This document shows positions 1-6,817 of a stretch of DNA of 42,863 nucleotides, one piece after another (positions within the stretch are counted from its first letter, which is position 1; every line of letters starts with the position of its first letter). The notes beneath the pieces are model-generated. The model searched no databases, was not told the origin of the DNA, and saw only the letters and a list, made by a program, of their open reading frames with translations. A program made the translations under genes and the position numbers. Source of the stretch: a virus (lineage: Duplodnaviria > Caudoviricetes); IMG/VR virus record IMGVR_UViG_3300016722_000143, positions 1-42,863 of that record, one strand, 5' to 3'.

Positions 1-21
1 ATGACTCCCGAGGGTTTTGTT

Positions 22-420
22 ATGAAATTTGGACCATCTTTGTTAGCTTTGACCGTTGTGCTCCTCGCAACTGGGTGCTCTTCCGCACCCGATCCCGGAT
101 CACCCTACGCGGGGCGGGTCCTGGAGATCTCCTGCTCCGGTTCCGCCGGATCCTATTTGGCCAGCACGTCTATAGACGTGGAGAACACGTCCGGGAAAAC
201 GGTGGCCAATGTCAGGCTCGAGGTCGGCTTCTGGGCTTATTCGGACGAGGTGATCGGCACGCAGGACGGCGAGCCGCTCTACAAACCCGTGAAGATCGGA
301 TTCGCCGTGGCGGAGAGCGGATGGCTGGGGATCGGCGATCTTTGGCGGGCCGACGTGTCGGTGACGCTCCGCGAAATACCCAGCGTCGCGTCTGTCTCCT
401 GGTGCAGCTTCGAATTCTGA
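22..420 (+). CDS. Putative lipoprotein (FxLYD-like Ig-fold domain)
   Basis: MKFGPSLLALTVVLLATG-C signal peptide with lipobox; 'IDVENTSGKTVANVRLEVGFW' resembles FxLYD-type domains. ORF track start at 1, ATG at 22 preferred. Confidence 0.65.
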   Translation: MKFGPSLLALTVVLLATGCSSAPDPGSPYAGRVLEISCSGSAGSYLASTSIDVENTSGKTVANVRLEVGFWAYSDEVIGTQDGEPLYKPVKIGFAVAESGWLGIGDLWRADVSVTLREIPSVASVSWCSFEF

Positions 421-432
421 TCCGGCAAAATG

Positions 433-464
433 AAAGCCTCCGCTCATCACGGAGGCTTTTCTTT
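433..464. terminator. Probable bidirectional intrinsic terminator
   Basis: Perfect stem AAAGCCTCCG (433-442) / CGGAGGCTTT (450-459), 7-nt loop, T-run after and A-rich before; lies between convergent genes. Confidence 0.8.
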
Positions 465-611
465 ATAAGGATTATCCTCTTCTGGAGGGGGCCATTCGCC
501 GAGGATCTCGAGGATTCTGTAGGCGGCCATCCAGATTCGGCGCCGGGGCCTCCATAGGAACGATCCCCGGCGGACATGGTTGCTCCATGTCTTCCAGAGC
601 TTGTCCCTCAT
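447..611 (-). CDS. Small Trp/Arg-rich protein (54 aa), not in ORF track
   Basis: Manual translation MRDKLWKTWSNHVRRGSFLWRPRRRIWMAAYRILEILGEWPPPEEDNPYKEKPP*; starts 10 nt after the holin-like stop; weak RBS. Confidence 0.4.
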   Translation of the reverse strand: MRDKLWKTWSNHVRRGSFLWRPRRRIWMAAYRILEILGEWPPPEEDNPYKEKPP

Positions 612-621
612 GGCGGCGCTC

Positions 622-1194
622 TCAGCGGAGTATCACTTTGCCGTCGTCGGCCTTCTCGGAGGAGCCCGTTTGGGTTTTCTCGGAGATCACCAGGGCGGCT
701 TTGCTCTCGGCTTTTACGGTTTCCTTGGCGGATCCCGCTATGGTCTCGGTTGAGCTGGCCGATGAATTTTCGGCGTCGGCCCGGCTCGCCGCCATGACCG
801 CGGCGGCGTTGGTAGTCGTTTCCTTTTTGGCGGCGAAGGCCTTGATCGCGGTCACGACCTTCTTCAGGATCTCGTAGAACCCCGTAGCGGCGGCATAGAT
901 AGCAGCGGCCGTGACGCTCGTCGAGGCCCAATCGATGGCGGCGAAGTCCCATTTGATGTCGGCGAGGCCGATGACGGCGGCGGCGGCGATCGATAGTACC
1001 TGCGCCACCAGGGTTATCGTCCATGTGATGACGGATTTGTCGACGCCGGTCGAGGCTTGATACTTCGTCGCGGCCCGGTAGATCGGTATCTTGATGAGCT
1101 CGGTAAGTCCGGCCACGGCGATCGCGATGATGCCGTCGAGCAAACCATACTTCGCGAGGAAGGCGATGATTTCCGGAATGATGTTCTGATCCAT
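622..1194 (-). CDS. Holin-like membrane protein
   Basis: About three hydrophobic segments, 'AATGFYEILKK' motif seen in phage holins, Ser/Ala/Lys-rich tail, GGAGG RBS, end of late operon. Confidence 0.6.
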   Translation of the reverse strand: MDQNIIPEIIAFLAKYGLLDGIIAIAVAGLTELIKIPIYRAATKYQASTGVDKSVITWTITLVAQVLSIAAAAVIGLADIKWDFAAIDWASTSVTAAAIYAAATGFYEILKKVVTAIKAFAAKKETTTNAAAVMAASRADAENSSASSTETIAGSAKETVKAESKAALVISEKTQTGSSEKADDGKVILR

Positions 1195-1238
1195 TTATGT
1201 TACCTCCAGGATCCGCTTCGCTTCTTTCCCTGGGTTCT

Positions 1239-1538
1239 TTATCGCGTAATCGGGGGAGCCGACCCCGGTGCGGCCTCCGTGATGCCGAGCTTGCCCTCGA
1301 TCCGTCCGACTTTGACGGCGAGCCCGTCGATCTTCTCGTCCTGTTTGGCCATGTTCGACTTGATGTCGAGCGTGCGCTCGTCTATCTGGCCGATCTGGTC
1401 CACCACCTTCTGATCGCCCATGGCCTTGCCTACCGCCTTGCCCCTCTTGGAGGCGGCGATCGAGTAAAGGCTCATGCCGATGGCGACGATGGTGCCCCCG
1501 GCCGAGATGCAGGCGAAGAGGAAAACGTCGGGTTCCAT
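1239..1538 (-). CDS. Small membrane protein with coiled coil (holin/XhlA-like)
   Basis: Start MEPDVFLFACISAGGTIVAIGMSLY (one TM) followed by heptad-like 'IDERTLDIKSNMAKQDEKIDGLAVKVGRIEGKL'; lysis-cassette position. Confidence 0.6.
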   Translation of the reverse strand: MEPDVFLFACISAGGTIVAIGMSLYSIAASKRGKAVGKAMGDQKVVDQIGQIDERTLDIKSNMAKQDEKIDGLAVKVGRIEGKLGITEAAPGSAPPITR

Positions 1539-1539
1539 C

Positions 1540-1689
1540 TCAGACGGCCTCCTTCTTCCTGTCTTCCTCGAGCATCTCCTGGACGCGCTGGCGGACCAGC
1601 GTGTTCTTGATGGAGTCGATCGTCCTCGCGCCGTCCTCAATGAGGTTGGCATAGTTCCTGGCGATGCCTTCGTAGCTTTGTTCGGCCAT
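1540..1689 (-). CDS. CD1375/XkdX-like small phage protein (49 aa), not in ORF track
   Basis: Manual translation MAEQSYEGIARNYANLIEDGARTIDSIKNTLVRQRVQEMLEEDRKKEAV*; YAxLIxxGxRTID pattern; AGGAG RBS; usual position after tail fibre genes. Confidence 0.7.
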   Translation of the reverse strand: MAEQSYEGIARNYANLIEDGARTIDSIKNTLVRQRVQEMLEEDRKKEAV

Positions 1690-1693
1690 GGTT

Positions 1694-1939
1694 TTACTCC
1701 TTCGTCAGAACGAGGTCTGACAGTTCCGCCACCGCTTTGGTGGCCGTCGCCGATTCATCCGATATCTTCGCGATGTACTCCTGGATGGTGTACCGGGAGA
1801 CGTCGTAGGCATAGACGGTCGTGGCGACGCCGCCAACCGTCTTGCTGGTCGATTTAATGTTGGTGTTGACGTCGACGTAGTTCTTCCCGACGACTTTGGC
1901 CTGGGGCTCCGTCGCCGATTCGCCTTTTAGGCTTTGCAT
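1694..1939 (-). CDS. Small tail-fibre-associated protein (XkdW-like position), 81 aa
   Basis: Start MQSLKGESATEP with AGGAGG RBS inside the RT 3' end; C-terminal 'AVAELSDLV' typical of proteins preceding XkdX/CD1375 genes. Confidence 0.6.
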   Translation of the reverse strand: MQSLKGESATEPQAKVVGKNYVDVNTNIKSTSKTVGGVATTVYAYDVSRYTIQEYIAKISDESATATKAVAELSDLVLTKE

Positions 1940-3003
1940 GGTTTTGCCCTCCTTTCGTTTGTGGCAATTCGTTGTTTTGGCGGGGCCGAGGCGATCTTCC
2001 GCCTGGCGGCCCTCATGTCGATCTTCGTAAGGTACTTCGTCTTGATGACGTAGTTGTTCGTCCCTTGGAACCATCCGTTGTAGCTCATGAGCCTCCGAGC
2101 TCTCGACAGGCCCATACCGTGGTGCTCGATCCGGAGGACGGTCCTCCGGGCCTCGCGCCAGATCCTCTTGCGGATCGACGTCTTCCCATTCGGATGGAAG
2201 CGGATCCCCACGAAGTCGACGTCCCTCTCGGAAGTCCTGAAGACGGACCAGTTCGGCTTCATCTCCAGTCCCTCCCTTCCGAGAAAGACCGCCATCTCCC
2301 TTTGGGCGGCCATCAGCTTGCGCCGGCTTGGGGAGAAGACAACGACGTCGTCGACGTAGCGCGCCTCATGGCGCAGGCCGAGCTTCTCATGGATGAGGTG
2401 GTCGAAGTCCTGAAGGTAGAAATTGGCTAACCATTGGCTCCAATACGTGCCGATAGGCACGCCGATCCCGGGCCCGCCCACCATCGTTTCGACAAGTTTG
2501 AGCATCCTGGGGTCCTTCACCAGCCTCCGGAGCTTCCCCAGGAGGATGGATCGGTCGATCGACTGATAGTAATGATGGATGTCGATCTTAAGGCACCATT
2601 TGGTCCCTTTACGATCGGAGAGCATCCATTTTCGGATGAGCCTCTCCGCCTCGGCCGCGCCGCGTCCGGGAACGGATCCGCAAACGCCCCTCTCCATCCC
2701 GCGCATGAGGAGGGGCCTCAATGCGCCGATAACCATCCAATGGACAATCTGGTCCGGAAAGAACGGGGGCTTGCTGATGATTCTTTCCTTCCCGTATTCC
2801 GTGATCCGCATCGTCTGCATCGGCGATGGGGCGAACGCCCCCGAGGAGAGGAGGGACTTTATCCCGGAAACCGTCTCCTCGATCGATTCCGTCCTTCTTG
2901 CGACGGAGGGCTTTCGGCGTTTGCCCCTCGCGGCGTTTTCAATCGCTGAACGTATCGCCTCGTCGGCGAGCATCGGCTCCATCAGATGTCCCTCTCTTCT
3001 CAT
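1927..3003 (-). CDS. DGR reverse transcriptase
   Basis: RT motifs 'KERIISKPPFFPDQIVH', 'LKIDIHHYYQSID', DGR-type 'GVPIGTYWSQWLANFYL' (GxxxSQ), catalytic 'RYVDD', 'VDFVG'; 358 aa with no maturase/endonuclease extension; adjacent to TR/VR pair. Confidence 0.96.
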   Translation of the reverse strand: MRREGHLMEPMLADEAIRSAIENAARGKRRKPSVARRTESIEETVSGIKSLLSSGAFAPSPMQTMRITEYGKERIISKPPFFPDQIVHWMVIGALRPLLMRGMERGVCGSVPGRGAAEAERLIRKWMLSDRKGTKWCLKIDIHHYYQSIDRSILLGKLRRLVKDPRMLKLVETMVGGPGIGVPIGTYWSQWLANFYLQDFDHLIHEKLGLRHEARYVDDVVVFSPSRRKLMAAQREMAVFLGREGLEMKPNWSVFRTSERDVDFVGIRFHPNGKTSIRKRIWREARRTVLRIEHHGMGLSRARRLMSYNGWFQGTNNYVIKTKYLTKIDMRAARRKIASAPPKQRIATNERRAKPCKA

Positions 3004-3117
3004 TGTCGTTTCCTTTCTTTTGGCTTAAGCCGGCTTTCGATCTTTTCAGACTACTGATCGGCCCCTTCATAGCCAATTTCCGCTCTCGGCGAGGACGGCG
3101 CATGCCGCGATAGAATC

Positions 3118-3222
3118 AAGATAGCCGGAACCCGTACCTCGGATCAGCTGCGCCCGGGTCATTGTCGCCGTTCAGGTTGCAAGGGCCGTCGTTAGCGCCG
3201 TTGTTGGCGTTGCCGCCGCGAT
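3118..3222 (-). repeat. DGR template repeat (TR)
   Basis: 105-bp non-coding copy of VR; in-frame reading CGC GGC GGC AAC GCC AAC AAC GGC GCT AAC GAC ... TTC CGG CTA TCT; all 14 differences from VR fall at TR adenines. Confidence 0.97.
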
Positions 3223-3268
3223 CCGGAGATCAGGGAACCACATCGCATGCGACGCGCCCTGCTTCTAT

Positions 3269-3292
3269 GTCAAGGGGAGGTATCCCCTTGAC
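3269..3292. promoter_or_regulatory. DGR target-recognition hairpin/cruciform downstream of VR
   Basis: Perfect 10-bp stem GTCAAGGGGA / TCCCCTTGAC with 4-nt loop GGTA (GRNA-type on + strand), 8 bp past the target stop codon. Confidence 0.85.
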
Positions 3293-3300
3293 GAATCCTC

Positions 3301-5466
3301 TCACGAAGGGTCATAAGAAAGCCGGAACCCGAACCACGGATCAGCCGCGCCCGGGTCATTGCCGCCGTACAGGTTGCAAGGGCCGACGCCAGCGCCGCCG
3401 TAGGCGAAGCCGCCGCGATAGATCACAAACAGGCGCTCCTTCTCGACGGCGTCCGTGTTCGCCCCCGGGATGCTGACGTAATCGGGGATGAAACTGACGC
3501 TGCTCCCCGCCCCCGAGAGGGGGACGTCGAGGCCGTGGCGCCCGCCCACTGGCGTGTCGGCGAGGTCCCTGATCCACCCGTTGGCGCCGGCATTGGAGCC
3601 GACGTAGGTGAAGGCGGCGAACCAATCCGGCATGAGCGCGGAGGCCCGCTCGGAGTTTCCGGAGAAGGCGGTCCCGATCTCGTCGTAGTGCGACGGATCG
3701 AGGCACTCGAACCGCTTCGTCGAGCATGCGGAAGACGCCGCCGCCAAATGGGTGACGTGGCAAGCCCCGTCCGCGAACTGCCAGAACATCCCCCAGAGGT
3801 TCTCAACCCCCCGGTAGGAGAATGCGCGGACGCCCTGATACGAGGAGACGACTTCGGCGCTGGAGCCCAAAAGGCCGTCGGTCTGCCCGGTGCAGGGGCT
3901 GAAATTCTGGACGTTGGGGTAAGTTTCGCCTGCGTCCTGAAGGCTGATAGCGGACCCGCTGATCGTGACGCTGACCTGCCTTTCGGAGGCGCCGGTAGTC
4001 GGATTCGCCCCCGTCGCGAAACTAATCGCGGTGACGTGTCGGGACGTCTCCCCGATGAAGCCTCCGGTATTGTCGTTCCAGACGTTGACGGCCTGGCCGA
4101 CTTTGAAGGCCGCCGCCCAAGCGGATTCGTCGCCGCTGAAGCAGTCGGCGCAGGGATAGACGATCGTGTTGCCGGTCGCGGCCAGCTGATAGGCAGAATA
4201 ATCCGTTGGGTAAAGGCTCATGTAAGAGCTGATGCCCGCGAACACGCTTTGCCCGTCGTTCGTCGCGAACTCGATCCTGAAGAGAAGGGCGAGCGCGTCG
4301 AATTTCCTGTTCTCGCAGAGATGCGCTCCGCCCGCCGCCGCCAACGCCCTCGCATCTTTCGGTGTCATGGCCGTTGCAGGGACCTGCCCGGAAACGGTGA
4401 TCAGCTTCGACGAGACGTCGTTGGCCGAGGCCATGTAGCGCCCGATCGTGAAATATCCGCGGTCCTCCTCGTTCTTGTTGGTGAAGGCGATGTGAAGTCC
4501 CCACGAGCTGTCGATCTGAAACGGCGAGATGCAGTCGGCGAACCAGTACCCGGACTGGCCGGGCGTTCCGCCGTGGAACCGCTTGTGGTAGAAGCTCCTC
4601 CCGACCTTGACGATCTGGTTTCCCGAGGAGTCCGAGTATTTCGTGATGTCCTTGAAAATCGGCATGTGGTCAAAGTCGTTCGGCTCGCCGTTGACGCCGG
4701 CCTGAAGGCCGACCGCCGCGCCGAGCCGCTCTCCGGAGGTTTCTCCGTCATAGAATTTCACGCCATAGAAGAAAGTGTTCGAATTAGCCAGGTCCTCAAG
4801 CGTCTTGATCCGGGAGGCGTGCGAGGCCTCTGCGGCGGACGCCCGCGAGGATTCGGTGGCGATGGAGGCGGCGTTCGCGGACTCCGCTCCCACGGCCCTT
4901 CCGGCTTCGGCCGAAATCGCTTCGGCGTTGGCGGATTCGGCCGCCTTCGCCCTGTCGGATTCCGTCTTCAGCTCTTCCTTCGTGGCAGGATCGTCGGTCG
5001 GATCGTCGTCAAGGCCTCCGACCTTCTCGGTGAGTTCGGCGATCTTCTTTGTCGCCCAGGTGATGAAATCCGGATCGCTTTCGATTACGAACGCGACCGC
5101 GTTGACGGAGGGATCGACTTCCAGATAGACGATCCTGCTCTTCAGCACGATCGAGGAGTCGGTTCCGCGTCCGACGTATTGGAGGGCATACCGCCCCGGG
5201 GTGTCGGTGAGGGCGTTCCCGGCCGAAAGAGAGACGTAATGGATCCCGGAGGGGTCCGTCGCCTCTGCGAGAGGGGCGGTCGAGACCGCCGTGCCGTCGG
5301 GCTTAAGGAATTCGAGGTAATGCTTTTTGCCGTAAAGGCCGCTCGCCAGGTCGATGCGGAGCGTCGTCGCCCCGCTCTCCATCTCCGACCCGAGGCTGGC
5401 TCCCCCATCCTTCAGAGGGATGAGCTCCCCGGTTTCGTGGAGCGTGATCTCCAATGTGTTTTCCAT
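3301..5466 (-). CDS. DGR target: tail adhesin/receptor-binding protein with C-terminal C-type-lectin (FGE-like) fold
   Basis: Start MENTLEITL with AAGGAGGA RBS (721 aa). BppU-like N-terminus, Ala/Glu-rich ~18-aa repeats (ESDRAKAAESANAEAISA / EAGRAVGAESANAASIAT), 'YRGVENLWGMFWQFADG' and terminal 'RGG...GFRLS' CLec motifs; contains the VR. Confidence 0.9.
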   Translation of the reverse strand: MENTLEITLHETGELIPLKDGGASLGSEMESGATTLRIDLASGLYGKKHYLEFLKPDGTAVSTAPLAEATDPSGIHYVSLSAGNALTDTPGRYALQYVGRGTDSSIVLKSRIVYLEVDPSVNAVAFVIESDPDFITWATKKIAELTEKVGGLDDDPTDDPATKEELKTESDRAKAAESANAEAISAEAGRAVGAESANAASIATESSRASAAEASHASRIKTLEDLANSNTFFYGVKFYDGETSGERLGAAVGLQAGVNGEPNDFDHMPIFKDITKYSDSSGNQIVKVGRSFYHKRFHGGTPGQSGYWFADCISPFQIDSSWGLHIAFTNKNEEDRGYFTIGRYMASANDVSSKLITVSGQVPATAMTPKDARALAAAGGAHLCENRKFDALALLFRIEFATNDGQSVFAGISSYMSLYPTDYSAYQLAATGNTIVYPCADCFSGDESAWAAAFKVGQAVNVWNDNTGGFIGETSRHVTAISFATGANPTTGASERQVSVTISGSAISLQDAGETYPNVQNFSPCTGQTDGLLGSSAEVVSSYQGVRAFSYRGVENLWGMFWQFADGACHVTHLAAASSACSTKRFECLDPSHYDEIGTAFSGNSERASALMPDWFAAFTYVGSNAGANGWIRDLADTPVGGRHGLDVPLSGAGSSVSFIPDYVSIPGANTDAVEKERLFVIYRGGFAYGGAGVGPCNLYGGNDPGAADPWFGFRLSYDPS
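3315..3419 (-). repeat. DGR variable repeat (VR)
   Basis: Encodes RGGFAYGGAGVGPCNLYGGNDPGAADPWFGFRLS at the target C-terminus; 91/105 identical to TR, ungapped. Confidence 0.97.
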
Positions 5467-5507
5467 GTGTTTATCCTCCTTGGATATATGGATTTCTTTT
5501 TCTTTTC

Positions 5508-5662
5508 GTCCAGGATCGAGGGCCCTTTGCGGAGGTCCACATCTCATCCCTAACCAGGTCCGATCCCGGCAACGGCATCGGAACCATCATGGGGCCGGGC
5601 TCTGCCGCCTTATCAGCCCTCAACAGGAGAGATTGGAGCTCCGCAAAGGGCCCTCCTCGGAC
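5508..5662. other. Long inverted-repeat element, candidate structured RNA or cruciform
   Basis: Perfect 17-bp arms GAGGGCCCTTTGCGGAG (5518-5534) / CTCCGCAAAGGGCCCTC (5639-5655), extendable inward, enclosing two further hairpins. Confidence 0.6.
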
Positions 5663-5670
5663 CCAGCCGG

Positions 5671-6804
5671 CTACTCGATCAAGACGCGGAATTTGTTAGC
5701 CAGGCCGGTGTTTGCCCCGTTCGCCACCTTCATTCTGTAGTTCGGCGCGATCACGACCGCCCTAGACATCGGGCTGGACGCCGCGACCTCGTTCCCGCTG
5801 TAGAGGAAGGCCCGGTAGGCGAAGATGAAGTAATTGTGCTTCGCATGCTTCCCGTACTGCCCGACTATCTTTCTTTTCTTCGATCCGGTCGATCTTATGC
5901 CGTAGACGCTGCTCGATGTCGTGACCGCCGATTTCGTGCCGGATGAGGGGTCGTAGAACATCGATTGGGCGATGTCGGCGATCGTCGAGATGACGTCGTT
6001 TCTCTGGTAGGACAGAGACCCGTTTGCCGTTACCGTCGCCGACCCGAGGTCCCCGAGCAACACCACCGGGGGGATTCTCTTCGCCGCCCCCCACCCGAGG
6101 CTGACGGCTGGTTGCACCCAAGAGCTCTTGAGCAGGTAGACCTTCGTTGATCCGCTTCTTTCCCGGTATTTGGCCTTCCCGACAAAGCGGTAGAGCCTGA
6201 ACCGAACGGAGTAGGCGGCCGCGTAGCCGTTGTAGTCGCCTTTGTTCTTCAGGCAGAGATACCCGCCGTACGCGCCTCCGCCACGGGCCGAGACGATTTC
6301 GAGGATCGGAGCCGGGAGGCCCGATCCGGCCGCGGCGGCCGTCGATCCGCCCGAAGGCGGGGAAACCGTGGCCATAGAGTCCGAGAAGCCGACGACTCCC
6401 GAGGGGCCTAGGACGAGCGTCCCGATCTTGAGGGCGAAGCTTCCCTCGACCTGGTCGATGGCCGCGGTCGGGTAAGCCGAGGGCGTGTACGAGACGCCCA
6501 GGCTCGCGTTGTGCCCGACCCTGGTGACCGTGACGATCAGGCTGTAGCTGGTCTGGGCGCTCGGCATAGCGGCGCTGGTCAGATCGAGAAGCGTCGTGCT
6601 CTCATCGACGAGGATCCTGTATCCGCGCGCGATCAGCACTCCCTTGGCTATGGTGAACATCTTTCCGGACCAGCTGACGGCTGCGCCCCAGACCCTGCCG
6701 TTCTGCTTGTAGGCGGAAAGAAAGTTCATGACCGCCCCGTCGTCGGGGTTCTGCGCGACGGGGTTGTCGTCGGTGTTGACGCTCTCCAGAAGTCTGATTG
6801 CCAT
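5671..6804 (-). CDS. Minor tail/RBP-like protein (paralog 3, most diverged)
   Basis: N-terminus 'NPDDGAVMNF...KGVLIARGYRI' weakly matches the two upstream paralogs; PPSGGSTAAAAGSG linker, then a basic C-terminal domain. Confidence 0.6.
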   Translation of the reverse strand: MAIRLLESVNTDDNPVAQNPDDGAVMNFLSAYKQNGRVWGAAVSWSGKMFTIAKGVLIARGYRILVDESTTLLDLTSAAMPSAQTSYSLIVTVTRVGHNASLGVSYTPSAYPTAAIDQVEGSFALKIGTLVLGPSGVVGFSDSMATVSPPSGGSTAAAAGSGLPAPILEIVSARGGGAYGGYLCLKNKGDYNGYAAAYSVRFRLYRFVGKAKYRERSGSTKVYLLKSSWVQPAVSLGWGAAKRIPPVVLLGDLGSATVTANGSLSYQRNDVISTIADIAQSMFYDPSSGTKSAVTTSSSVYGIRSTGSKKRKIVGQYGKHAKHNYFIFAYRAFLYSGNEVAASSPMSRAVVIAPNYRMKVANGANTGLANKFRVLIE

Positions 6805-6817
6805 GGTTTTCTCTCCT

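Noticed and set aside
432-440. GAAAGCCTC shared with 41648-41656 as an attL/attR core
   Set aside because: Only 9 bp, part of a terminator stem on the left, and expected by chance at this scale; serine integrase sites cannot be called this way.
1927-3003. RT as group II intron, retron or Abi RT
   Set aside because: It has the GxxxSQ motif, no maturase/endonuclease extension, and an adjacent adenine-specific TR/VR pair, all of which indicate a DGR.
3104-3114. 11-bp GCCGCGATAGA repeated at the VR 5' edge (3412-3422)
   Set aside because: Short and GC-rich; could be chance or part of TR-flank pairing, and not supportable as a separate element.
3162-3476. Plus-strand 104-aa ORF (and 2826-3113) as avd candidates
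   Set aside because: Antisense to the DGR, overlapping TR/VR or RT, with low-complexity Arg/Pro-rich shadow translations.
3535-5553. Long plus-strand ORFs (also 11090-12352, 14922-16367, 28522-30414 and similar)
   Set aside because: Antisense shadows of real minus-strand genes, expected in high-GC DNA; no motifs or RBS.
5546-5628. Hammerhead ribozyme, SAM riboswitch or SRP RNA match in the structured element
   Set aside because: Only fragments resemble them (CTGATAAG without GAAA, GGCAAC and CTTATC in the wrong order, CCAGGTC without the SRP loop); no complete consensus.
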